DNA from: a virus
Virus record (IMG/VR): IMGVR_UViG_3300045412_000261
Span: 32,001-96,000 of that record
Strand: one strand, 5' to 3'
DNA length: 64,000 nucleotides
Shown here: positions 9,394-19,025 of the stretch, piece after piece
Position numbering within the stretch: the first letter of the stretch is position 1
Layout of the letters: every line of letters begins with the position of its first letter
The notes under the pieces: model-generated
Databases searched by the model: none
The model's input: only the letters and a program-made list of their open reading frames with translations
Told to the model about the DNA's origin: nothing
Translations under genes and position numbers: made by a program

Positions 9394-12300
9394 TTATGGT
9401 GAACTTTCTTTTCTAATATAATTTTTAGTCTGTCTTCTTCCTTCATCAGTAAAGAAAGCAACAGCAGGTTGATTTATTTTTTCTCTAATTGATTCTAATA
9501 TTTTTAATTGTTGTTGCATTAATTCTTTATGAGCTTTTTCCTTTTCTATATTTTTTTCTTTTACTGAATTCATTAATGCTGTAGCTTCTAAACTTTTACT
9601 TACGCTATTAACCATTACTGATTCTCTAGCCATGCTTGTCGTACCATAATTAGGAGTGATTCCGGATAATCTAGTTGACATTGATTTAAAAGTTGTGGGA
9701 GTCATATCAACCATAGAAGTTTCTACAGGAGTTCCCGTAGCTTTAGGTTTATTTAAAGAAGTTGAAATACCCCCGCCACCACTCATTCCATTCATTCCAG
9801 CGTACATAAATGGCTGTGCTGTAAAAGAACTTGATTTATTTTTATCGAAATGAGAATCTATTATTTTAGTTGTAGCAAGATATCCCGCCGTGCCTCCAAT
9901 TAAACCTCCGATAGCAGCTCCTATAGGACCTAGAAAAGCGCCCATAGCGGCTCCACTAACAGCTCCGCCAGCAATGGCTCCTAATGCTCCCCCTACAGAA
10001 GTTGTTGCTGCTTGTTTAGTAGATTGCCCTTCTTTTTTCCTTTGCGCATAATCAAAAACTGCGCTAGCGGCAGCCATAACACCTCCTATTTTAGCAATAG
10101 AACTAGGCTTTATATTCTTTATAAAAGACTTCACTTTAGAAAACCTTGATGAACCCGTTTTACCCGTGACATTAGCTCCACTAGCGTTATCTAGTATAGT
10201 GGATGCTACACTTCCAGTGCCTCCTCCAATAGTTCCTCCTACAATCTTAACATACATGGGATTAGATTTAGAACCAAGAGTACCTGATATTGCGTCCAAA
10301 CCTCCTCTAGCTTTTCCTACTGCTTCTCCAATTTTACCTCCAATTTTACCTCTTATAGTTTTGAGCAGCAATCCTCCCATTACACTACTCATAGCTATTG
10401 CCATACTTGCGTCTAATCCTGGGGTATTAGAAGTTCCATCTTGTTTTTCTTGAGTGCCAGTAAATTTACTATATACTTTTCCGGGAAATCCTGCTACAGC
10501 TTTTATACCTCCAGCAACAATATTGATAGCCCAAGCCATATAATCAATGATAGGAACAATAGCTTCTAATATAGGTAATAAAGATGATTTAAATGCTACG
10601 CTTACTTTTTCTATTGCCGTATTGAATCTTTCGGCAGCCATTACTTTCTTAGTTTCTATCTTATACAATTCTACATCTTTTCCCGCCACTTTATCTAAAT
10701 AATCGCTATTTCTCATTGCAGCGTCTAAAGATTCGGCATCTTTTAATCCAATCTTTTCTCTTAAATACAAACTTTTTTCTAATTCAGATACTTCCATTCC
10801 AACAGCATTTGCCATGAGTTGTCTCTTAGCAAAATCCATGTTTTGAAATTCATCATAACCTCCCATTGTATCCATCATTTGTGTCATAGCTCCGGCAATG
10901 TCATCTTGTAAAAGCAATTCTCTAGCTTTTCCAATATTAACATGTCTTCCTAATGCTACTGATGCTTCAACTTCTGCTACGATGCTTTGCTCAAATGACA
11001 ATAAATGTTGTGTCATTTTAGCCGCTTTTTGAAAATTTAATCCTAATGCTTTTACTTGCAGATTAGTTTCTATTAAATTTCTATGAGCTGATTTAGAATG
11101 TTTATTGATGTTAGAAAAATATTTTGATGCAAATTCAGCATTTTGAGCTATATCATCTACTATTGATTGAGGAGAAAATCCTTTTTTATCTGCGAGCTCT
11201 AGTGCAGCAGCCATAAGATTACTAGCCTCTTTGTCGCTTCCTCCTTTCATTCTTAAATTTTCATAGAATGCACCGGCTGATTCCACAGACAATCCTATGT
11301 TTTTTGCATTATCGGCTACACTAGCTAATGCTTTATCATTTGTTTGTAATAATATGCCTGAATCTCCTAAAATGCCTTTTTGAACATCTCTGACATCTCT
11401 AAGACTGGCGTACATGTTATCATATTGAGTTTGAGCATTCATTGCATTCTTAAACATATCGTAAGATTGCATATTGGATGTTCCTAACTCTGCTGATATT
11501 TCTTTTATTTTACTATTTAACCTATTTGCTGCTCCTAATATTCCTATAAATGCAGTTGTTAATCCTGCCATGATTACAGTAAAAGGAGAGACTTTGAACA
11601 TTGCACTAATTGATGCCATCATCCCTTTGAAAGAACTTCCCGTTTTGGCGTAAACTTCATCAAATTTCTCATATCCCGCTTTCAAGGTATCTAAAGCTGT
11701 TTTTTTAGCTTTTGCTTGAGCGCTGTTAAAGATTGGGAAGAATGAATTCAACTTATCATACAAGAAAGTTACTTCTTGTTTACTATCTTTGTATATCCCC
11801 TGCAACCTTTTCCTAAATGGGTCTGACAGTAGGTCATTGCTTTTTTGTCTTTTTGCATCTTTTTCTTCTTTTCTTTTTCTTTTTTCCTCCTCTTTAGCTG
11901 CTTTTTCTATACTTTCTGGTGAGTTAGGATCTGCTACTCTCTTTTTTTCTTTTTCAGCATCTTTTTTCTTTTTATTCGCTTCTGTCTGTGCTTTTTTTAT
12001 CCTAGCTTCTTGCATTTTAGCTAAATTCTCATTGCTTTCTCTACTTTTTCTTAATTCTTCTGCTAATTTATCCATATCTCCTTTTCCTCCACCTCCGGGA
12101 AGACCCCCTAGTTCATCTTTAAGTAACTTTAAAACTGATGGATCTATTGCAACTAATGTTACATTAAACGAAGGAGAAGCGGAATAATAGTCTAATGCTT
12201 TTTTCATTGCTTCATAAACTGTATTTCCTATCCTATCTATTGTCGAATCACTGAATTCTGATGGTTTACTCATCGGAGAATTAGAAAATTGACTAAAAGC

Positions 12301-13593
12301 TCTAGAGGCTCCCTTGAATACCGCCTCTTCGATTATTTTAAGCATTTCATCTGATACCTCTCCGGGAGAAGCTGTTTTTCCTATATTTATTTCTGGTGCA
12401 GTATTTATCGGTGAGGAGCTGCCTGTACCTCTACCACCGCCTTTACTACCACCACCTGGTGTAATTTCTCTTCTACTTTTTCCACCTCCACCACTTCCGA
12501 CTTTTTCCGAGGATGATGCAACTACGTCGGGAACCGTATTGGGAACAACTTCTGCGGGTGATGATGCAACTACGTCGGGAACCGTATTGGGAACAACTTC
12601 TGCGGGTGATGATGCAACTACGTCGGGAACCGTATTGGGAACAACTTCTGCGGGTGATGATGCAACTACGTCGGGAACCGTATTGGGAACAACTTCTGCT
12701 AGTGATGACAATTTTTTATTTAGATAATAATCTGATAACTTTTGAGCACTCATTTTAGTGATTTGGCTCGTGCTTAAACCTGTAAATTTTTCTATATCTT
12801 TAGATAAAGGAGCTGGATTTCCACCGGCATCTATAGATGTTTGAGAACCGTGAGAATATGTAATCATTTGTCCAGCTACATCTATCGGTAAAGTATCAGG
12901 AATTGGACTTTGATTTATAAAAGTTGATATTAAATTAGCTCTTGCTTCACGCCTTTCCTTATCTATGGCAGTCTTTGATTTATAAGTACCAAGTGCATGA
13001 GATTTTAAAAGACTGCTTAAACTACTTTGAGATTTACTATCTAATTTATTTCTTGCTTCGTTTATAGAACTTACATTTTCTCCTAGTTTTTCAATAATTA
13101 CATTTCTATTATTTTCTAAGTATTTATGATCTTCCTGATTTATTATATTTCCTTGTAAATCTCTTTGTATAAGAGTATATTGCCCTGATCTATATCTAGA
13201 CAATATATATTGACTATTAACAAAAATAATATTTATATTTTCTAAAATCTTGTTTACTCTTTCCTCTACACTAGAAGGATCATTCTCCACTGCTAATGCT
13301 AATGCGTCTAACGAAGATTTAATCTTATTATTGGCAGTACCCAATAATATATCGAGATTATCCTTTGCCTTTTTGTATTTATCTACCTCTTTTTTTCTAG
13401 CATCATATAAAACTTGTAATTTATTTCTTTTTGCTTCAATTCTAGGACCTGTTTTGGCATCTGCTATTAATTTATCTAATTCTGCTAAATCTTCTTTTGT
13501 TATTATAGCTAATTTCTCCTCTGCATTAGTTAAATGAGTTTTTAAACTTTTTAAAGTTTCGTTTAATGCTTTTATAATACTGCTTAAAGTCAT
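9394..13593 (-). CDS. Tape measure protein
   Basis: 1399 aa, helical and Ala/Lys-rich, with a Gly/Ala hydrophobic C-terminal segment (GALGAIAGGAVSGAAMGAFLGPIGAAIGGLIG); downstream of the tail tube and chaperone genes. Confidence 0.8.
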   Translation of the reverse strand: MTLSSIIKALNETLKSLKTHLTNAEEKLAIITKEDLAELDKLIADAKTGPRIEAKRNKLQVLYDARKKEVDKYKKAKDNLDILLGTANNKIKSSLDALALAVENDPSSVEERVNKILENINIIFVNSQYILSRYRSGQYTLIQRDLQGNIINQEDHKYLENNRNVIIEKLGENVSSINEARNKLDSKSQSSLSSLLKSHALGTYKSKTAIDKERREARANLISTFINQSPIPDTLPIDVAGQMITYSHGSQTSIDAGGNPAPLSKDIEKFTGLSTSQITKMSAQKLSDYYLNKKLSSLAEVVPNTVPDVVASSPAEVVPNTVPDVVASSPAEVVPNTVPDVVASSPAEVVPNTVPDVVASSSEKVGSGGGGKSRREITPGGGSKGGGRGTGSSSPINTAPEINIGKTASPGEVSDEMLKIIEEAVFKGASRAFSQFSNSPMSKPSEFSDSTIDRIGNTVYEAMKKALDYYSASPSFNVTLVAIDPSVLKLLKDELGGLPGGGGKGDMDKLAEELRKSRESNENLAKMQEARIKKAQTEANKKKKDAEKEKKRVADPNSPESIEKAAKEEEKRKRKEEKDAKRQKSNDLLSDPFRKRLQGIYKDSKQEVTFLYDKLNSFFPIFNSAQAKAKKTALDTLKAGYEKFDEVYAKTGSSFKGMMASISAMFKVSPFTVIMAGLTTAFIGILGAANRLNSKIKEISAELGTSNMQSYDMFKNAMNAQTQYDNMYASLRDVRDVQKGILGDSGILLQTNDKALASVADNAKNIGLSVESAGAFYENLRMKGGSDKEASNLMAAALELADKKGFSPQSIVDDIAQNAEFASKYFSNINKHSKSAHRNLIETNLQVKALGLNFQKAAKMTQHLLSFEQSIVAEVEASVALGRHVNIGKARELLLQDDIAGAMTQMMDTMGGYDEFQNMDFAKRQLMANAVGMEVSELEKSLYLREKIGLKDAESLDAAMRNSDYLDKVAGKDVELYKIETKKVMAAERFNTAIEKVSVAFKSSLLPILEAIVPIIDYMAWAINIVAGGIKAVAGFPGKVYSKFTGTQEKQDGTSNTPGLDASMAIAMSSVMGGLLLKTIRGKIGGKIGEAVGKARGGLDAISGTLGSKSNPMYVKIVGGTIGGGTGSVASTILDNASGANVTGKTGSSRFSKVKSFIKNIKPSSIAKIGGVMAAASAVFDYAQRKKEGQSTKQAATTSVGGALGAIAGGAVSGAAMGAFLGPIGAAIGGLIGGTAGYLATTKIIDSHFDKNKSSSFTAQPFMYAGMNGMSGGGGISTSLNKPKATGTPVETSMVDMTPTTFKSMSTRLSGITPNYGTTSMARESVMVNSVSKSLEATALMNSVKEKNIEKEKAHKELMQQQLKILESIREKINQPAVAFFTDEGRRQTKNYIRKESSP
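12512..12699. repeat. Perfect 48-bp tandem repeat, about 4 copies, in frame in the tape measure gene (AEVVPNTVPDVVASSP)
   Basis: Unit GATGATGCAACTACGTCGGGAACCGTATTGGGAACAACTTCTGCGGGT starts at 12512, 12560, 12608 and 12656. Confidence 0.95.
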
Positions 13594-13619
13594 TATATTT
13601 CAATTATTTATAGTATGAA

Positions 13620-13877
13620 TTATTTATACTTTTTAAAATGTTTATTATTGGAATCAGCATCATGTTTTAATGATTGTAAACGTTGTAATCTTTGAGCTCT
13701 TAATTTTTTTAATTTCTCATCTTCTTTTGCAGCATTATACATTCTACCTACCATCTTTAATTGTGCAGGAATGGCTAATAATGAAAAAAGGGAGGAGAGA
13801 ATCCCCTCCCGAATTTCTTTCATTCTACTATCTTGATTTTTTGGATGCTTTTTTATTGGCTTCATTTCGTTCTTCAT
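13620..13877 (-). CDS. Small basic hypothetical protein
   Basis: 85-aa ORF between the chaperone and tape measure genes; the true start may be a later Met. Confidence 0.45.
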   Translation of the reverse strand: MKNEMKPIKKHPKNQDSRMKEIREGILSSLFSLLAIPAQLKMVGRMYNAAKEDEKLKKLRAQRLQRLQSLKHDADSNNKHFKKYK

Positions 13878-14034
13878 ACGCTTGTTGTAATCTATTGTAA
13901 AAGAATTTTCTAATAAATATAGGCATGTCCATCAAATCATTGTATGTAAATCCTTTTCCATAATGAATTAATTGAAAAATTTCTTCATATATGTACTGCC
14001 TATCTCTCGAGGTCAGGCCAAAAAAATCTTTCAT
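13828..14034 (-). CDS. Small tail/baseplate assembly protein (gp51-like), possibly the frameshifted extension of the upstream gene
   Basis: YEEIFQLIHYGKGFTYNDLMDMPIFIRKFFY resembles the small ORFs that follow T4-like gp26; overlaps the upstream gene across a T7 run. Confidence 0.6.
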   Translation of the reverse strand: MKDFFGLTSRDRQYIYEEIFQLIHYGKGFTYNDLMDMPIFIRKFFYNRLQQAYEERNEANKKASKKSR

Positions 14035-14845
14035 CGAAAACCATTGGAGCGCGAAATGGCTCCCCGGTATACCGGTCTATTACTTCTACGTTAAAATCAA
14101 CATCAGGTTGAATTTTACTAATAAATGATCTAATGGCTCTGCTGTCTGCTGCTAATAAATCAGTGTCAATATAATGTCTAATTGCTACTAAATCCATATT
14201 TCCATCAAGCGCTACAATCATGTATTTTAATCTTAATGTTAAAAGACCTGGATCCTTTCCTACTTTTTCATAAGATTTAACAATAGCGTCTATTTCTTTA
14301 TCTTCTTTCCCTGTTAACAATTTAACATGTGCTTCTTTTTTTGATTTAGGAAGGATGAGTTTAAATAAATTACTATTCTTTGTAACTAGTACGGACTCGT
14401 CAATCGGCTTGGGTTTTAAGTCGCTCAAGTTAATTGTCGTATCTTGCGTATTACCTGATGGAGTAGTTACTTGGATAACATATTCATCGCCATAAGCTGC
14501 AATTCTAGACGCAATCATAATAGCATTCTTATCTCCAACTAACAAATCATCCCAATCAATCTCTGATACAAGCAAGTTTCTAAACATCCTCTCAATGGCT
14601 GTTCCTTGCATTATATAATTCTGATTGGTTAAAATATCCTCATCTTTGGCAGTCATGTATCTTAATTCTACTTGACCAGATGATAACGGATTATCTTTAG
14701 GATAAAAAAGACCTCTGGATGGTAAATCTACAATTAAGGTAGTTTGATTAGTTCCTTGAGGGACAGTTGGAATAACCGGGGTAGGAATTTCCATGCCGTC
14801 TTCACTAGGACTTTGATTAAATGTAACTTCTCTGTCTGGTTTCAT
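14000..14845 (-). CDS. Baseplate hub assembly / tail assembly chaperone, T4 gp26-like
   Basis: VDLPSRGLFY, ELRYMTAKDEDILT, LLVGDKNAIMIASRIAAYG, C-terminal FFWPD. Confidence 0.75.
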   Translation of the reverse strand: MKPDREVTFNQSPSEDGMEIPTPVIPTVPQGTNQTTLIVDLPSRGLFYPKDNPLSSGQVELRYMTAKDEDILTNQNYIMQGTAIERMFRNLLVSEIDWDDLLVGDKNAIMIASRIAAYGDEYVIQVTTPSGNTQDTTINLSDLKPKPIDESVLVTKNSNLFKLILPKSKKEAHVKLLTGKEDKEIDAIVKSYEKVGKDPGLLTLRLKYMIVALDGNMDLVAIRHYIDTDLLAADSRAIRSFISKIQPDVDFNVEVIDRYTGEPFRAPMVFDERFFWPDLER

Positions 14846-14883
14846 AATATTTATGGTTATTTAATTTTATTTTTTAAATGTTT

Positions 14884-15654
14884 TTATCTTGCAAAAACTC
14901 TGATGGATGGAGCTTTTGCAGTAAGAGAATTTACAGAACTAGGTAAAGAATTTCTGTTAATTTCATTAAAAGTTTCTCCATTATTGTACGGAATAATCTT
15001 TTTAGCGTTAGCATCTTTTATTAACGCATAATCATACGTAATTGTTACAGATACTGTAGATAAAGAATCGTCTGACATATCTAATTCTCCCCATTTAACT
15101 GCTGACACATAAGCCCCATGTATTTCCCATCTCTCCGATTGCACATTAGTTCTAGGCATTAATGTTTCTAAAATTAATGTTTTTTTGTAGGTTTCTAAAG
15201 CATATTCTTCACCTTTTACATAATTAGAATGTGTATTCATTATCCATTCATATACTAAAACGGAGGAATCATTCTTTACGTCTTCTGAACTTGACAGAGG
15301 GTCAACCAATGGATTATTTGAAGCTCTAGGAGAAAATCTATGAGCTGCAACAGGATCATATAACACTATTTCTATAGGGTCCCAAGTTATTTTACCTTTA
15401 AAGTTAGTTTTTGTATTTATATATTGTAACTCTATATTTTCATAGTTAAATCCTGGTTTAGTTACGGACTTTACTAGATATGTTGGTATGTATATTCCTT
15501 GAACATCTAAATAAAGTACAAATCTATTTTTTAATTTAGGTTCAAAATAAGCGAAAGGTCTATATTGAGTATATTCGGACGCTCCAGTCATTATCATTTC
15601 GGTATTTGATAAGACTTCTTTTTTATCTCTAAATATGGGCGTAGATTTAGCCAT
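14884..15654 (-). CDS. Tail tube protein paralog 3 (gp19-like)
   Basis: FEPKLKNRF, YINTKTNFKGKITWDPIEIVLYDP, WEIHGAYVSAVKWGELD...TITYDYA. Confidence 0.8.
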   Translation of the reverse strand: MAKSTPIFRDKKEVLSNTEMIMTGASEYTQYRPFAYFEPKLKNRFVLYLDVQGIYIPTYLVKSVTKPGFNYENIELQYINTKTNFKGKITWDPIEIVLYDPVAAHRFSPRASNNPLVDPLSSSEDVKNDSSVLVYEWIMNTHSNYVKGEEYALETYKKTLILETLMPRTNVQSERWEIHGAYVSAVKWGELDMSDDSLSTVSVTITYDYALIKDANAKKIIPYNNGETFNEINRNSLPSSVNSLTAKAPSIRVFAR

Positions 15655-15660
15655 TTTTCT

Positions 15661-15672
15661 TTATAATAAATA
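15661..15672 (-). promoter_or_regulatory. TATTTATTATAA motif, candidate late promoter
   Basis: Exact copy of the recurring intergenic motif, 6 nt upstream of the ATG at 15654. Confidence 0.55.
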
Positions 15673-15707
15673 TGTCAGAAACGTAAAATTAATACAACAA
15701 TCAAAAA

Positions 15708-16409
15708 CTAGTTTCTCCCTCCGTTGCCTCCGAATAATCCACCTATTGCGCTTATTGCTGCATTGGATGCTGCCTGCGCTGCACCTTTTCCTATATTTAT
15801 GGCCGCGTCTTTTAATTGACTTCCTAAATTCGCCCCTCCTCCATCTAATCCAGGACCCTCCACATCTGGAAGTTTAACTTTACTCCCTCTTACCATAGCG
15901 TAATCGTACACTATTGTTCCCTCCATTAATAATAAATCATCACTAGACATATCAAATTCACCCCATTTAACAGAATCAAAAAATGCTCCCACTAATATGA
16001 AAGAATCCATGACATCTCCATGGGGTGATAAGGATCTTAGGTATAATGTTCTTTTATACTCATGTATAAAGCCATCTTCTCCAGGAGTTAATAAATTAAA
16101 AGATCCTCCTGTTGTGCCTGAATTATGGTGGTAATTGTTAATGTAATCGTGTAACATTTTAGCGCCATTATCTTCTATAGGGTCATAGAAACGTACTGTT
16201 ATAGGTTGCCATCTTGACTTACCCTTTACATGGAATTCAGTGTTAATATAATCTACCGTAACGTGATTATTTTCTAAAGTAGGTCTTTCGGCTGATTTTA
16301 TAGCATAAGTAGGGAAAAAAGGGCCGAAAGGATCCGCTTGCATATATAACTCAAAGCGCATTTGTTGCTTTGGGTTGAAATATTTAAAAGGTTTATGTGT
16401 AAATGCCAT
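15708..16409 (-). CDS. Tail tube protein paralog 2 (gp19-like)
   Basis: FNPKQQMRF, VKGKSRWQPITVRFYDPI, WGEFDMSSDD...YDYA; closely similar to 16468..17040, with a Gly/Ala C-terminal extension. Confidence 0.85.
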   Translation of the reverse strand: MAFTHKPFKYFNPKQQMRFELYMQADPFGPFFPTYAIKSAERPTLENNHVTVDYINTEFHVKGKSRWQPITVRFYDPIEDNGAKMLHDYINNYHHNSGTTGGSFNLLTPGEDGFIHEYKRTLYLRSLSPHGDVMDSFILVGAFFDSVKWGEFDMSSDDLLLMEGTIVYDYAMVRGSKVKLPDVEGPGLDGGGANLGSQLKDAAINIGKGAAQAASNAAISAIGGLFGGNGGRN

Positions 16410-16423
16410 GTATATTATATAAG

Positions 16424-16451
16424 CACAGGAGGAAATTGATTTCCCCCTGTG
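16424..16451 (-). terminator. Stem-loop between tube genes 1 and 2 (weak terminator or mRNA-stabilising hairpin)
   Basis: Minus strand CACAGGGGGAAAT-CA-ATTTCCTCCTGTG forms a 13-bp inverted repeat with one G:U pair, followed by only a weak U-tract. Confidence 0.55.
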
Positions 16452-16467
16452 ATTTTATTAATCAGTT

Positions 16468-17040
16468 TTATGCGTCTACTTTACCTGTAACAACTACTTT
16501 ATTTTTAACAGGTTCCATAACTGCGTAATCATAAGTAATCGTTAAATCTAACATATTCAAGTCATCTGAAGACAAATCCATGTTACCCCATTTAGCATCT
16601 GCTACAAAAGAGCCATATAATGTGAATGTGTCTGCTACATCTCCATGAGGAGTAAGAGCTTGAAATGTTAAAGTCCTTTTATACTCGTGAATAAATCCAT
16701 CCTCGCCAGGAGTTAACAAACCAGGCGCTCTTCCAGCAGGAAGTTGGATTAATCCTGAATTGTGATGAAATAAACTTATCCAATCATGTAATAATTTAGC
16801 ACCATTAACTTCAATAGGATCATACAAAGTTACAGAAATATCCTGCCACCTGGATTTACCTTTTACTTTAAACTCTGTATTTACATAATCTACAGTTACA
16901 GGATTTTGATCTATAGAAGGTCTGTCTGCTGTTTTAACCATATAAGTAGGGATAGGTACTCCGACGTTAGTCAGGTAGAGTACATATCTCATCTGCTGTT
17001 TAGGGTTAAAATATTCAAATGGTTTATATTCGAATGCCAT
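16468..17040 (-). CDS. Major tail tube protein (gp19-like)
   Basis: Directly follows the sheath gene; FNPKQQMRY, KGKSRWQDISVTLYDPI, WGNMDLSSDD..LTITYDYA. Confidence 0.88.
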   Translation of the reverse strand: MAFEYKPFEYFNPKQQMRYVLYLTNVGVPIPTYMVKTADRPSIDQNPVTVDYVNTEFKVKGKSRWQDISVTLYDPIEVNGAKLLHDWISLFHHNSGLIQLPAGRAPGLLTPGEDGFIHEYKRTLTFQALTPHGDVADTFTLYGSFVADAKWGNMDLSSDDLNMLDLTITYDYAVMEPVKNKVVVTGKVDA

Positions 17041-17060
17041 TTTATATTATTTTATTTTGT

Positions 17061-18923
17061 TTATTCTGTATCACCAGGGAAAGAAGCTCCCGTAGGTAAT
17101 ACAAAGAAATCTAAGATTATGAATTCCGCAGTTCTAGTCGGTTTTAAATAAATAGCACCTCTTAGCTCATTTCTGTCAAGAACGTCAGGAGTATTATTGG
17201 ATTCATCCATAATTACTCTAAAATCATATAAACCTTGATTCCTTCTAACGCTTTCTAAATAAGGCTCAACAATACTTAAGAATCTAAGTCTTGTCTCTTT
17301 CGTATTTTGTTCAAATACTAAATACCTAGAAGATGATGCAATGAATTTTTTAGAAGCAATTAATAATCTCCTTACGTTAATCCTATCAAGTGCAGATCTT
17401 TTCTTTTGTAAAGTTTTCTGTCCCCATACAACTACTCCTTCTCTTGGATAAGTAGCAATAGGATTAATATTGTATGTGTAAAGTCTATCTCTGTCCGCTA
17501 ATGTTAATTTACGCTCTGCCTGTAAAGCTACATCAATTGCACCTCTATTTAAACCAGCAGGAGCATACCAAGGGAATTGTACATAGTCGTTGAATGCAAT
17601 AACTCCAGATACTACCGTAGAAGGTGGGACCCATACGTTTCTTCCTAAGTCAGCATCAGCTATTTGAACCCATGGATAGTAGTAAGCAGCATAAGAAGTA
17701 TTTCTTGCTAAAGCTGCATTTATAGCTTGTCCAATAGTGTCGCCATATTTAGTAGGATCAATTACCATGAAAATATCTCCTCTATTTTCAACCATGGCAA
17801 TTGCTTTTGTTATAATTTCTCCATGTTGTTCTCCTACGCCATCAATAATTCCGGGCATAAGTAGCATGTTGATATCATATTCATCAGCATTAGCTAGAAT
17901 GTCAATAGCATCTTTATACGCAGTTGAACCAGAAGCTCCTCCCGCTAAATCATCTAAATTGAATCCTTGGCTATTTTGTCCGTTAATTTTATCAAAGAAT
18001 GTTCTAGGATGTTTTACATATCCATCAGAACCCCCAGAAAAAGTACCGGATACAGCAGCAGGTAAACTACTAGAGAAAGCAGGAACTCTGATTTGTCCGT
18101 TTTCATTTAGGTAGTTATAGTTTTCTTTAAATACATCTACTCGGATATATCTTGATCTGTTAGGGAAAGATCCACTTAATTGTAAGAAAGGGATGCCATC
18201 AGAATCATATCTTAGAGTATAAAGTTGGTCCCCGATAACTCTACCAATATAGTTGGTATCGTTAGGGTCCAAAGTTAAATCATTATACTGCTCTACAATT
18301 ACTTTTCTATTGTGTCTATCATCTCCTCTCCTTATGTATAAATCGAAAGTACCTAAATCAGTATTAACATCTCTTACTTCCCATCTCAAATTTTCTCTGT
18401 TACCTATGTTTAGTACACCTCCTGTAGTATCATCCGCAGGACTTCCAATACCGTTATTAGAAGCAATAGAGGTTAAAGAGGAGTTACCAAAATTACCAGG
18501 AGAAACTAAGGTTAATTTAAAAGTTTGTTGGCCAGCTGAAAAGTAAGATCCTGTTAAATTAGACTTTATTCCCGCAGGAGCAGATGCATAAGCTCCTCTA
18601 GTTACTACATTTGAACTAGCATATTCATAATCACCGGCAAGAACTCTTACTACGGTTAAATTTTCTGCATATCTCAAATATTCTTGTGCTACATAGTCCG
18701 TTAAGAACTTGTATTGTCTTTCAGATGTACCAGAACCTGAACTAAAAGGTCCTCCGAAAGCTCTTAAGTATTCCTCATAAGAGGAAATGGTGGTAGGAAC
18801 GAATGCAGGACCTTTTAATGTAGGGCCAACAACCGCTGCTCCAATGGCTTGTATTTCTAAGGGGAGAAAACTCAGGTCTTTTTCTCTAGTAAATACGCCA
18901 GGACTGACTATTCTTTCTGCCAT
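17061..18923 (-). CDS. Tail sheath protein (gp18-like)
   Basis: SPGVFTREKDLS, WYAPAGLNRG, INPIATYP..GVVVWGQKTLQ..SALDRINVRRLL, FEQN, PTRTAEFIILDF. Confidence 0.96.
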   Translation of the reverse strand: MAERIVSPGVFTREKDLSFLPLEIQAIGAAVVGPTLKGPAFVPTTISSYEEYLRAFGGPFSSGSGTSERQYKFLTDYVAQEYLRYAENLTVVRVLAGDYEYASSNVVTRGAYASAPAGIKSNLTGSYFSAGQQTFKLTLVSPGNFGNSSLTSIASNNGIGSPADDTTGGVLNIGNRENLRWEVRDVNTDLGTFDLYIRRGDDRHNRKVIVEQYNDLTLDPNDTNYIGRVIGDQLYTLRYDSDGIPFLQLSGSFPNRSRYIRVDVFKENYNYLNENGQIRVPAFSSSLPAAVSGTFSGGSDGYVKHPRTFFDKINGQNSQGFNLDDLAGGASGSTAYKDAIDILANADEYDINMLLMPGIIDGVGEQHGEIITKAIAMVENRGDIFMVIDPTKYGDTIGQAINAALARNTSYAAYYYPWVQIADADLGRNVWVPPSTVVSGVIAFNDYVQFPWYAPAGLNRGAIDVALQAERKLTLADRDRLYTYNINPIATYPREGVVVWGQKTLQKKRSALDRINVRRLLIASKKFIASSSRYLVFEQNTKETRLRFLSIVEPYLESVRRNQGLYDFRVIMDESNNTPDVLDRNELRGAIYLKPTRTAEFIILDFFVLPTGASFPGDTE

Positions 18924-18977
18924 TTTTTTGTTTTTGTCAATTAAATATTATATAAAGAATTATTAATAAATTCTCAT

Positions 18978-18989
18978 TTGTTATAAATA
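18978..18989 (-). promoter_or_regulatory. TATTTATAACAA, variant of the candidate late promoter upstream of the sheath gene
   Basis: Intergenic, about 55 nt upstream of the sheath ATG. Confidence 0.4.
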
Positions 18990-19025
18990 TGTTTTAAAAA
19001 TCTCAAACATTAAAAAAACATAAAA

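Noticed and set aside
12512-12699. 48-bp direct repeats as a possible CRISPR array
   Set aside because: The units are contiguous with no unique spacers, are a multiple of 3 and lie in frame within the tape measure gene.
13605-13612. Canonical T4 late promoter TATAAATA upstream of the tape measure gene
   Set aside because: This was the only well-placed instance noticed, in very AT-rich DNA; the recurring motif elsewhere is TATTTATT.
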